From the human T2T-CHM13v2.0 reference genome, Homo sapiens: 64,000 bases of DNA. The position numbers and the translations under genes were made by a program. The notes under the pieces are model-generated. The model made no database searches and was not told where the DNA came from. It saw nothing but the letters and a program-made list of their open reading frames with translations. Below, one piece after another: positions 24,968 through 37,478 of the stretch. The stretch lies in the NCBI RefSeq assembly GCF_009914755.1, contig NC_060930.1. One strand, given 5' to 3'. The first letter of the stretch is position 1, and each line of letters starts with the position of its first letter.

Positions 24968-25604
24968 AAAAGTGAGTTCCTGCTGTGATCATTTTAGAGT
25001 TGAAGGAGAAGCTGATATGTTCCTTTGGCTTCTGAAGTGTGGATGAGATTTGGTGGTCAGAAATCAAAGAATGGTTATTTTATGCAATATTAACTTTTCA
25101 CTTGTTTTTTTTCTGGTGAAACAAAATACTTCAGTACCACAGAAACATGAGATATGGAGCCAGACATCTGGGTCTTGACATTTTCTAGCTAGAGTAACTT
25201 TGCCTACCCTCTTCATTAGTAAAATGGGGAACATAAAACTTACTTTGCAAGAAAGGTCATTATGAGGGTTGAAATAATATGTCTAGGTGTGTAGCACAGT
25301 ATCTAAAATACGTAAGTTAATTCTCATATTTTTTCATGACTTATCCTCTTTCTTCTCTACTCTTTAGTAACATCTGAAATCGCATACCCTCAGTTCTTTT
25401 CCCTTTTTCACTTTACATCTTTGAACTTTTCTCATCATCAGTTTTCTGCCTTTATCTTAAACATATCTTCAAGTATAACTCTACCTAAATTTTTTTTTTA
25501 TCCTGCCTCCCTTGTTAGTTATCATTTTCTGTCTCAGTTTTCTTTAAATATTTGCAAGAGGCACCTGCATTTACTGCCTCCACTTGCTTATTTCTTATTC
25601 ATCA

Positions 25605-25868
25605 GAGAGCCTCAGAGCATGGTAGTTAATATGGGCTCTGGCCACAGATGGAGTGATACACATTCTGATTCTGTTACTTTTCCTAAGCTCTGATGTTGGG
25701 TAAATTGTTATCTTCTCTGTGTTATTTTCCTCATCAGAAAAATGAAGATGATTATGATAGTAGCACCCACCTCATAGAGCAGTTGTGAAAATCAAATGCA
25801 TTTATATTCAAAGAAGATACAGCAAAGTATCTGACACTAATAAATACACACAAAAAATAACTATTACA
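25605..25868 (+). mobile_element. MIR SINE, near full length
   Basis: atgggctctgg...ttgggtaaattgttatcttctctgtg...ttcctcatcagaaaaatg...cacctcatagagcagttgtgaaaatcaaatg. Confidence 0.75.
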
Positions 25869-25879
25869 ATTCTTTGGCT

Positions 25880-26273
25880 AAGTGGAATCTGACTTTTCTT
25901 TTCAGTCTATTCAAATGGTTCCATCAAATGTCACCAGTGTTCTCAGGATTTTCAAATAGAGTAATAGCATTCTTGTGTGCATCCTGCTTGGTTCCTCTGT
26001 AGCACTTTGCTCAGTTTCCACTCCTCATCTTATGAAGCTTTCCTCTTAGCATCTCAGCAATTTTTTCTTCTGCACCCTCATTAGATATTAATATTTGCTT
26101 CTCTGTGAAACACACATCCACACATCCAAATGCTTATATCTCTATAGGTATCACAAATTCTATATGTCCAAAATTAAGTTTACTGTATTTACTTCCCAGG
26201 ACTCCACCTTCCCTTTCCACCTACCTGGGTTTCTTTTTGTTTGTTTTTTTTTGTTTTTGTTTTTTTTTGGGTT

Positions 26274-26304
<31 letters not shown>

Positions 26305-26750
26305 GAGATAAGGTTTTTCTCTGTCTCGCAGGCTGGAGTGCAGTGGCACAACCATGGCTCACTGCAGCTTTGACCTCCTGGGCTCAGGTGATGTTCCCAC
26401 CTCAGCCTTCTGGGTAGCTGAGACTACAGGCATGCTCCATCATATCTGGATAATTTTCTGTATGTTTTGTAGAGATAGTGTTTTGCCATGTTGACCAGGG
26501 TGGCACCTACCTTTTCTTGATAAACTGTCTATCTAGATCCCTGGAACATAAACTTGGAGCATTGAAACTCATTTAGAGTTTCCCTCATAATTAGGTGTCA
26601 GTCAACATTCTTCCCTCAATTCCAACTGTCATTTCTTTAGTTAATGTTCTAATCATTTTTCTCTTGGATTCTTGCAATAGCCTCCTCATAGGTCTCATCT
26701 CATACACTCTCATCCTCTCCACATCCATTTTCTACATTTAAGGAAAATTA
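25880..26750 (+). mobile_element. L2 remnant interrupted by an AluJ and an L1
   Basis: cctctgtagcactttg; atgtccaaaattaag; tcttgcaatagcctcctcataggtctc; continues at ~27620-27720. Confidence 0.55.
26227..26503 (-). mobile_element. 5'-truncated AluJ with a long (~75 nt) T-rich tail
   Basis: J diagnostics (catggctcactgcagc, gggctcaggtga); TSD cacctacct at 26218-26226 and 26504-26512. Confidence 0.88.
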
Positions 26751-26752
26751 TC

Positions 26753-27611
26753 TTTCGTTTTTTAACTTTTATCTTAATTTCAGGAATATGTGTGCAGGTT
26801 TTTTTATGTAGGTAAATTTGTGTCATGGGGTTTTGTTGTAGTTGTGCAGATTATTTCATCACTCAGGCATTAAGCCTAGTATCCATTAGTTATTTTCCAG
26901 ATCCTCTCCCTCCTTCTTCTCTCCACCTTCCAATAGGCCCTAGTGCATATAGTTTCACTCTACGTGTCCATGTGTTCTCATCATTTAGATCCCACTTATG
27001 AAGGAGAACATGTGGAATTTGGTTTTCTGTTATTGCATTAGTTTGATAAGGATAATGGCCTCCAGTTCCACTGATACACTTGCACAGGACGTAATCTTGT
27101 TCTTTTTTTGCAGCTGCATAGTATTCAATGGTGTATATGTACCTCATTTTCTTCATATAATCTGTCATTGATGAGCATTCGGGTTGATTCCATATCTTTG
27201 CTATTTTGAATAGTGTTGCAATGAACATACAAGCATGTGTGTATTTATAATAAAATGATTTATATTCCTTTGGATATATACCCAGCAATGGGATTGCTGA
27301 ACCAAAGGATATTTCTGCTTTTAGGTCTTGGAGGAACTGTCACACTGTCTTCCACAATGGATGAAGTAATTTACACTCCCTCCAACACTGTATAAACATT
27401 CCTTTTTCTCTGCAACCTCACCAGCATCTGCTATTTTTTACTTTTTAATAACCACCATTCTGACTGGTGTTAGATGGTATCTCATTGTGGTTTTGATTTG
27501 CATTTCTCTAATGATCAGTGATGTTGACCTTTTTTCAATAGTTTGTTGGCTGCTTGCATGTCCTCTTTTGAAAAGTGTCTGTTCATGCCCTTTGCCCACT
27601 TTTTAATGGGG
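26753..27611 (-). mobile_element. 5'-truncated L1PA13-16-type 3' end
   Basis: Minus-strand ORF LGIYPKEYKSFYYK...MFIATLFKIAKIWNQP, plus 3'UTR. Confidence 0.9.
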
Positions 27612-27864
27612 ATGAGTTGGAAAACATCACTGTCTTGCTACAAATACTTCAGTAAACATCCTGAACTCTTTCATATGGCCCCAAAACACTTTGTAAGCAA
27701 CCCATGTCTCTAGCTGCATGCCCACCACCCCCTACAATGCTGACAGAAGGAAAGGATGGATGAGGAGTTGGTTAAGTTTTGAAATGTAGGAGAAAGAAGC
27801 AAGTTAATATAATTAATGGGTCTACACCATGGCACTCAGGAATCCAAATGACTTACTTGTCTTT

Positions 27865-28475
27865 ATTGATTTACTCATTTTATTAACAAATACTTTCTGT
27901 GAGCCTCCTGATAATGGCTGGAGGCTAGGAATCTAGGAGTGAAACAAAGTATATTTAGGTTCTAGGGATGGATCAGTGAAATAAAACAAATCGTTGTTCT
28001 CAAGGGGGAAAGAATGACAACAAATAAAAACATAAAGCTATAACATAGCATACTGGCATGTAATGTGAAAAAAAGAAAGGAAACAGGATTAAAGAAACAT
28101 AGAGTGCTAGGGAAGAGGTGGTTAGAACATGCTATTTTATACAAGGTGGTCAGAGACAGCACAGCATCAGCGAGGTGATATTTCAGCAGAGACCTAAAGA
28201 AAGCAAGAGAGAGCAAGCCATGATGATATGTATGGAGAAAGTATTCCAGAGAGAGAAATATCAAGTGCAAAGGTCCTGAAACAAAGTCAGGTTAAGAATA
28301 TTCGTGGAATATAAATTAGGCCATGGTGGCTGGAGCACAGTGAAGGGAGAGAAGTAGGAGGTGAAGTCAGAGCAGGAATCCATGAAATCTTGAAGGTCAT
28401 TCTAAGGATTTTGGCTTGTACTAAGAGGGAATTGGGGAGCAGTTGCAGAAATTTGAACAGTGACATGATCTCTCT
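27865..28475 (-). mobile_element. L2a, antisense
   Basis: aggtgatatttcagcagagacctaaaga...gtattccagagagagaaatatcaagtgcaaaggtcctga...agtgacatgatc. Confidence 0.75.
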
Positions 28476-28724
28476 GGACTTCTCTCTTCATATCCATGTT
28501 TTGGAGAGGGGCACACTACTTGGATTTCCTTATTCTTACTCTCCTGAGTGTCTCCATATGCTGCTACCTTTGCCTGGAACATCCTTCCTACTCACATCTA
28601 ACCCTCATTTGACTGTCAGTCATGTAGTAAATCTTCAGGTTTCATCATATATATGGTGGAAGTATCAATTCTTCTCCAAGAAGGATAGAGTTGGTGCCCT
28701 TCCTAAGTGCCCCCATGACATTTT

Positions 28725-29130
28725 CTGTCAGGATGCTTTCAGGTGTAAAAAATCAAAAGCCTAACAGTGGCTGAAACCACAAGAAATTAAATGTTTGCCT
28801 ATGAGATATCCAGAGGTAAATAGTATTGATATTAGTTAAGCATCTCAGAAATATTCACAAGGATCCCTGCTTTTGCTATTCTTCTGCTTCACTAATATTA
28901 GCATGTTGTCTTTCATGTTCCAGCTTGCCCCTAATGGTTGCAAGGTGATCACCATCTTGACCTCACAGTCATGTGACTTCAAACAATGGAATCCAAAACA
29001 AGGTCAGAGAGAAGGGATTCCTAGAGCTTTCCTTTTGCAGTGTCCTTGCCTCTTGTCAGGGGAGAACAGCTTTCCCAGAAGCTCACTAAAAGCCTCTTTA
29101 TGTCTAAGTGGTTAGTTGATGCTTATCTGT
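28725..29130 (-). mobile_element. Old MLT1 (J/K-like) LTR remnant
   Basis: tgtcaggatgctttcaggtg...aacagtggctgaaacc...tggttgcaaggtg...ttcccagaagc. Confidence 0.45.
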
Positions 29131-29214
29131 CTCCACATCAGTTCACATCTACATTAGAAGCCAGGACTAATGCATGTGTTTTACATTAAGTTTTTATTTA
29201 GCAATTTATTTTTA

Positions 29215-30570
29215 ATCTTTTAATTTTATTTTAGGTTTGGAGTGCATGTGCAGGTTTGTTATATAGGTAAACTTGTGACTCAGGGGTTTGGTGTACAGAT
29301 TTATTTACTTATTTATTTTTGGCACAAAGGTACCAAGCCTAGTACCTGATAGGTTTCTGTTTGTTTGTTTTTTCTAAACCTCTCCCTCCTCTCACTCTCC
29401 ATCCTCCCACTCTCCATCCTTTGATAGGCCCCAGTATCTGTTGTTCCCTCTTGCTGTCCATGTGTTCTCATCATTTAGCTCCCACTTATAAATGAGAACA
29501 TGTGGTATTTGGATTTTGTTCCTGAATTAGTTTGTTAAGGATAATGGCCTTCAGTTTCATCCATGTTCCTGCAAAGGACATGATCTTGTTCTTTTTTATG
29601 GCTGCATAGTATTCCATGGTGTATGCATACCACATTGTCTTTATCTAGTATATCACTGATGGGCATTTAGGTTGATTCCATGTCTTTGCTATTGTGAATA
29701 GGAGGAGTGCAGTGAATGTATATGTGCATGTGTCTTTTTGGTAGAATAATTTATATTCCTTTGGGTATATACCAGAATAGTAGTTCTGTTTTTAGGAGTT
29801 CTGTTTTAGATTTTGAGGAATCACTTTCCAGAATGGTTGAACTAATTTATACTCCCACCAGCAGTGTATAAGTGTTTCCTTTTCTCTGCAACCTCTCCAG
29901 CGTCTGTGGGGTTTTTTTGTTTGTTTTTTCACTTTTTAATAATAGCTATTGTAACTGGTGGGAAATGGTATCTCATTGTGATTTTGGATGGTATTTCTCT
30001 AATGACTAGGGCTATTGAGCATTTTTTCATTTACTTCTTGGCCATATTTATGTCTTCTTTTGAAAAGTGTCTATTCATGTCCTTTGCCCACTTTTTACTG
30101 GGTTTGTTTTTTACTTGTAGGCTTAAGTTCCTTGTAGATCATGGATATTAGACAAGAAATAAAGCCACACACCTACAACCATCTGACCTTTGACAAAGCT
30201 GACAAAAGCAAGAGGGAAAGGACTCTATTCAATAAGTGCTAGGATAACTGGCTAGCCATATGCAGAAGATTGAAACTGGACCCCTTCTTTATACCATACA
30301 CAAGAATCAACTAAATGATTGAAGACCTAAACGTAAAACCTAAAACTATAAAAACCGTAGAAGATAACCTAGAAAATACCGTTTTGGACATACGAACTGG
30401 CAAAGATTCCAAAACAAAAATGCCACAGGCAATTGCAACAAAAGCAAAAATTGACAAATGAGACCTAACTAAATTAAACTAAAGAGCTTCTGCACAGCAA
30501 AAGAAACTATCAACAGGGTAAACAGGCAACCTACAGAATGTGAGAAAATATTTGCAAACTATATATCTAA
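29215..30570 (-). mobile_element. L1PA15/16-type insertion with a 5' inversion (twin priming)
   Basis: 29215-30153 is the antisense 3' end. 30154-30570 is the immediately upstream ORF2 segment in sense orientation, and the two pieces nearly abut in L1 coordinates. Confidence 0.88.
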
Positions 30571-30589
30571 TTCATATTTATTATAAGTG

Positions 30590-30690
30590 CATGTTTACCT
30601 GTATCTCCCAATCATTGTACCCTAACACCTAACCCAGATTGTGACACATAGTAAGTGCCTTGATAAATACTTGTTGAACAAATCAATGTT
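30590..30690 (+). mobile_element. L2 3' terminus
   Basis: cctaacacctaaccc...tgacacatagtaagtgccttgataaatacttgttgaa. Confidence 0.65.
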
Positions 30691-31625
30691 TCATAGCTTT
30701 AGTTCTTTTTGTAAAATAGAATGTAAAGTTGGGGGTGGGAGTTTCATGAAAATCACATACCTCTCAGAAAAGAAAACAAATGGTGATTAAAAATGAGTAA
30801 AACAATTACAAAATATATTGTAGCCTTGCCTATATCAGACAATAGCAAAATAATAAGGTTCCAGTTTGTACTTTAGAGTTCCCAAATAAAAATTTACAAA
30901 TCCCATAAGGGTTGTAATGAAATTTGTATTTCTAAAACCATGGAATTTAAACATTCTTTGAATATTTCCTCCACCCTGGTTTCGGTTCATTGATAATAAT
31001 CTTTAAAAAATTGTTCTTATCCACTGAACTGCACCTGAACATCACTGGTCGATTGCATACCATGAGCTGTCCGAAATAGGACAAGCACGAACACAAAATC
31101 ACATACACATACATACACGCACATAACACTGAAACACATATACAACGCTGGGGAACACTGTTGTTGATGGTTCAGTGGGAAGTTTCCAAATTGGTACAGG
31201 TATACATGATATTTAATAGTTTAACAAGGCAAGTGACATAGAGTCAGCGAATTTTTTCAAGTATCACTTGCCTAAAGCTGGTGGCTAAGCATGCTTAATA
31301 CCCTTTTGAGGTCCCTCCTATCTTTGAGCCAACCTACACACTCCCTGTGGAATGTCCTAGGGCTACAGCCTAGAGACTGCCTCTAAGGGAATCTCTAGGC
31401 CCACCTCCCACTTTCTACTCCAAACCACGTGGTCTTAGTGTCCTCAATTTCCATCCTATTCTTTTTTTACTTTCCAGGACCTTCAGACTGATTCCTCAGC
31501 AGAAGAGGCCACTTGGCCAGATTCGGCTTTAGCTCTTGGTCTTCCTTTGCTCTGTGCTCTGCAACTCTTGACCAGAGTAGTTCCACTTCTGAGATCAACC
31601 CAAGCTCTAAACACTGCAGCCCAGG

Positions 31626-32003
31626 TGTACTAGTTCGTTTTCATGCTGCTGATAAAGACATACCTGAGACGGGGCAATTTACAAAGGAAAGAGGTTTAAT
31701 GGAGAACTCACAGTTCTACGTGGCTGGGGAAGCTTTATAATCATGACAAAAGGCAAGAAGGAGCAAGTCACATCTTACATGGATGGTGGCAGGCAAAGAC
31801 AGAGCTTGTGCAGGGAAATCCCACCTTATAAAGCCATCAGGTCTCATAAGATTTATTCAGTGTCACAAGAATAGCAAGAATAGCACAGCAAAGACCCACC
31901 CCCATGATTCAATAATCTCCCCCTGGGTCCCTCCCACAACTCATGGGAATTATGGGAGCTACAAGACAATATTTGAGTGGAGACACAGAGCCAAACCATA
32001 TCA
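31626..32003 (-). mobile_element. THE1 (A/B-like) solo LTR
   Basis: tgtactagttcgttttcatgctgctgataaagacatacc ... gccaaaccatatca; perfect 5-bp TSD ccagg. Confidence 0.93.
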
Positions 32004-33401
32004 CCAGGTATAATACCCATTTGTCATTTTAAAGTTTTAGAAGCAGACACTTTACATTTAGAAGAACACCTAGGGCCCTGCAGAAAGGGCCAAAAAAGGG
32101 TCTTCAGCCAAGAAAGAAAGAGACAGAGACAAAGAATGCATGCTGATTTGGGTTGGACAGCTAAGGTAGTCATGTACTACCCAACAATGATGTAGAGAGA
32201 CAAGCTGTCTGAAGTCAAAGGGAATTTTGCACTACTCACTGTAGGAATGTTAATATGCTTAAGTGCCAGCATTTTAAGGATATGTGTAGTATCTAATTAT
32301 GAACAGTAGCAGCTAGAACCATCAAAACAAAGTGACAAAGACCCTTGGACTAAAATTATAAACATTGGATAATTATGGACTGACTCAGAAATTTGTATAA
32401 TTTGTTTCTTAACTCTGATACAAAAAAAAAGTGCTGCTTCTAATGTAGACGTGAACTGATGTGGAGACGGATAAGCATCAACTAACCACTTGGATTCAAG
32501 CTTTGGACAAATATAGAATAAAAACATTTTTTTTTTCTTATCCAAAGCTAAGAATTTCATCACATTTTCTATTTACAGAAATTTGGATTTAGTATCCAAA
32601 TTGTACTGCTTATTTTTGTAGCTTTATGGTTATCTGGAAATATGTGTGTATATGTATACATGTGTCTATCTGTAGAGTACTTAATGTGTCATACGTAGTA
32701 CATTTATTCTCTATCAATGCTTCGATTCAATCCTAAATTAAAAATCACCTCTCTTCCAAACACACACACCTGTTTTCAGGTACTGGTGAAAAGTGGTGTC
32801 TGAATCCAGTAAGACCTACACAACCATTGAGCAAAGTTTCTACAGCCCAGAGTGAGCTGCCATGAAAACAGCTTCCTTTACAGAATTCTTTCACAAATCC
32901 ACTTCCTGTCCAAGTAGGCCATGTATTAAAACTAAAAATTAGTATACTTCATCTGTTGAAATGCAAGACATCTGTGACAACCCAACACATAAGGTCTCTT
33001 CTGATTTTAAATTAGCTTGGAAATTATTTAATCACTAACTAGTTCCTGCTTTGGGATAATTTATACCACTTTATTAAACCCTAAAACTAATGTTTAAAAT
33101 TATATGTTTTTTGTTTGTTTTGTTGCCAGACACATGGAGCATATATATTTATTTAATGTAGAAGTTATTTTCATCATGTAAGATCTTATTGAAATAGAAA
33201 GATTGTATACTATCTTTAATGAACTTCACTTGGAATTTTGACTAAATATTGGCTTAAGGATAGATGCAGGTAATATAAAATATAGGCCAGAAAAGACAAA
33301 CAAATAATGTCTGATTTATTTAGCTATTTGGCTTTCTTTGGCCTACTAAACACATCACTGCTAACAAAGTTTTCACGACCAGAGAGCTCTACACAGTTTT
33401 A

Positions 33402-33859
<458 letters not shown>

Positions 33860-35208
33860 TTATCTGAGTACTGACCAAATGTTTTATCTAGCTCAAAAAT
33901 TCTCAATTTAGCTTATAAAATTCTATGCTTTACAATACTATAGTTTTAATATTGTTCTTTTCATACAGATGTCTATTTTAGCACACTAATGTTGAACTCT
34001 AGTAGAATCTTTGATGAGACCCATTTGCTGCAAATAAAATCGATTTTATTTTGATTAACCATCATTTTAAATTCTATAAAATATTCTATTATAAAAAATA
34101 ACTGCAATTTAAATTAACATAGTTAAATTAAATTTGATTTTTTTCAAGCATTACTATTATCTGACCTAAAGTATTCTATAAGAAATAAAAGCAAAATTTT
34201 TGCAAAATTGTGGAGTGGAGCATAAATTAAAAGAACCAGCACAAAATAAAACTATAAAACTGGCAGCACTCACCTCATAGTTGGTTCATAGTTCTTAATT
34301 TTATAACTATATTTAAATTGATCTAAATTTTGAAAAATTAAACTATCCAGCATTTGAAAAATTTATGTACCTTTTCAGGTAAGCAGTATATTAATAAGGC
34401 ATATTTAGTTTTCAATTAAGTTTTTAAATAATTTTGTGAAGGTAAGGTATTAGTTCTTATCCTTATAGATTGAAGAAATCAAAGCATAATGATATTGTCT
34501 TTAATCACAGCTAAATTTTTAATGGGTGAGAACACTGATCTTTTGAATTTTTTAATCAAGTTAATTGTGTTTTTAAAGAAGTTGAATCTACTAGGTATCT
34601 ACTTGTTACTTTCTTTATAAAAGAAGTAAACCAGTTTTTATCTTGATATATGTAAACATTTACTCTTTCATTGTATTAAGTGACATAGTGTAAAATTTAA
34701 CTATTAGCATAAAAGTCTGAGAACATTTTTACTTAAAATATATGTAACAGTTTAGCGATGTCATTAAAATAAAATTATTGTATATTTTTATATGCCCAAA
34801 CTACATTGGTCCCTATGGGTACTAACACAAATTTAGTCAACTAATAACTTAAAAAAACACAAAATCACTTGGCTTTCTGACTTAATAAATTAATACATTT
34901 TACAGTATTTAGAATGAAAAACTACTTGCATAAGTTAAAAACCATGTTAATAAAGTTCTATATCATCTTTATAGAATCTCAGTTATATTGAAATTATCTA
35001 ATTACTACTCTTTTCTCTATTAGAACATATTTTTCTCAGAAAAAAACAGTCTATATTCCATCTATTCTTTGTCAAAATTATGGCATAAATGATGCCATAA
35101 AGTAAAGGAATTGAATGTATCTAATAATAAGTAACAGTTTTCTCTAGTCTTCTTGCTAAGTTTACCCAATATCTTTGACAACATAAGTTACTATTTTTAT
35201 TTGGTATT

Positions 35209-37478
35209 TGATATGGTTAAGCTTTGTGTCCCCACCCAAAACTAATCTTGGATTGTAATCCCCCTAATCCCCACATGTCAAGGGAGAGACCAGGTGGAGG
35301 TAAATGACTCATGGGGGCAGTGTCTTCCATGCTGTTCTCATGATAGTGAGTGAGTTCTCATGAGATATGATGGTTTTATAAGGGGCTCTTCCCACTTTGC
35401 TCAGCACTTTTTTCCCCTGATGTCTTGTGAAGAAGGTGCCTTGCTTTCCCTTCACTTTCTGCCATGATTGTAAATTTCTTGAGGCCTCCCCAGCCATGCT
35501 GAACTGTGACTCAAATAAGCCTCTTTCCTTTATAAATTAACCAGTCTCAATTACTTCTTTATAGCAGCATGAGAATGGACTAATACAGTAACTTGGTACC
35601 GATATAGTAAGGTGCTGCTCTAAAGATACCCAAAAATGTGAAAGCAATTTTGGAACTGGGTAATGGACAGAGGTTGGAACAGTTTGGAGAGCTCAGAGAA
35701 GGCAGGAAGATGTGGGAAAGTTTGGAACTTCCTAGAGACTTGTTGAATGATTTTGACCAAAATGCTGATAGTGATATGGACAATGAAGTCCAGGCTGAGG
35801 TGATCTCAGATAGATATAGGGAACTTACTGAGAACTGGAGTAAAGGTCACTCTTGCTATGCTTTAGCAAAGAGGCTGGCAGGATTTTGCCCCTGCTCTAG
35901 AGATCTGTGGAACTTTGAACTTGAGAGAGACAATCTGAAATTGGAACTTATGTTTAAAAGGGAAGCGGAGCATAAAAGTTTAGAAAATTTGCAACCTGAT
36001 GATGCAATAGAAAAGAAAAACCCATTATCTGGGGAAAAATTTAAGCTATCTGTAGAAATTTGCGTAAGTAATGAGGAGCCAAATGTTAATTGCCAAGGCA
36101 ATGGGAAAAAGTTCTTCAGGACATATCAGAGGTCTTTATGGCGGCCCCTCCCATCACAGGCCCAGAGGCCTAGGAGGATGAAATGGTTTCATGGGTCAGG
36201 CCCAGGGCCTTGCTGCTTTGTGCAGTCTGAGGACTTCATGCCCTGCATCCCAGCCATGGCTAAAAGGGGTCAACACAGAGCTCAGGCTGTTGCTTCAGAG
36301 GGTGCAAGCCCCAAGCCTTGGTGGCTTCCACATTGTATTGGGCTTGCAGTTGCACAGAAGTCAAGAATTGAGGTTTGGGAACCTCCACCTAAATTTCAGA
36401 GGACCTAAGGAAATGCCTGGATGTCCAGTCAGAAGTTTACTACAGGTATGAAGCCCTCATGGATAACTTCTGCTAGGGCAGTGCAGAAGGGAAATGTGGG
36501 GTTGGAGCCACACACAGAGTCCCCACTGTGGCACTGCCTATTGCAGCTGTGAGAAGAGGGCCACCATCCTTCAGACCCCAAATAGTAGATCCACCAACAG
36601 CTTGTACCATCACCATAAGTTTGGAAAAGCCACAGACACTAAATGTCAACCCACAAAAGCAACTGAGAGGGAGGCTGTACCCTGTAAATCCACAGGGGTG
36701 GAGCTGCCCAAGGCTGTGGGAGCCCACCTCTTGCATCAGTGTGACCTGGATGTGAGACATGGAGTCAAAGGAGATCATTTTGGAGCTTTACAATTTGACT
36801 GCCCTGATGGGTTTCGGACTTGCATGGGGCCTGTACACCCTTCGTTTTGGCCAATTTTTCTCATTTCTAATGGGTATGTTTATCCAATGCCTGTACCCCC
36901 ATTGTATCTAGGAAGTAACTAACTTGCTTTTGATTATAAAAGCTCATAGGTGGAAGGGACTTGCCTTGTCTCAGATGAGACTTTGAACTTAGACTTTTAG
37001 GTTAATTCCAGAATGAATTAAGACTTTGGGGGACTATTGGAAAGGCATGACTAGTTTTGAAATGTGAGGGGGACATGAGATTTCAGAGGTGCCAGGGGAA
37101 GAATGATATGGTTAGGCTTAGTGTCCCCACCCAAATCTTATCTTGAATTGTAATCCCCATAATCCCCACATGTCAAGGGAGAGACCAGGTGGAGTTAATT
37201 GAATCATGGGGGTGGATTCCCCCATGCTGCTCTTGTGATAGTGAGTTCTCATGAGATCTGATGGTTTTATAAGGGGCTCTTCCTTTTTCACTCAGCACTT
37301 CTCCTTCCTGCAGCCTTGTGAAGAAGTTGCCTTGCTTCCCCTTCACCTTCCACCATGATTGTAAGTTTCTTGAGGTCTCCCCAGCCATGCTGAACTGTGA
37401 GTCAATTAAACCTCTTTCCTTTATAAATTACCCAGTCTCAGGTATTTCTTTACAGCAGTGTAAGAACAGACTAATACA
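35209..37478 (+). mobile_element. Complete THE1D-like MaLR provirus: 5'LTR 35209-35587, internal 35588-37103, 3'LTR 37104-37478
   Basis: Two ~375-bp direct repeats (tgatatggtt...ctaataca); purine tract before the 3'LTR; internal ORF remnants typical of THE1-int (LELGN..., LELPRDLLN.FDQNADSDMDNEVQAEV); degenerate TSD gtatt/atatc. Confidence 0.95.
37196..37206 (+). promoter_or_regulatory. Intact DUX4-type motif TAATTGAATCA in the THE1D 3'LTR
   Basis: Exact match to the double-homeobox motif known from THE1 LTRs; occupancy not shown. Confidence 0.5.
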
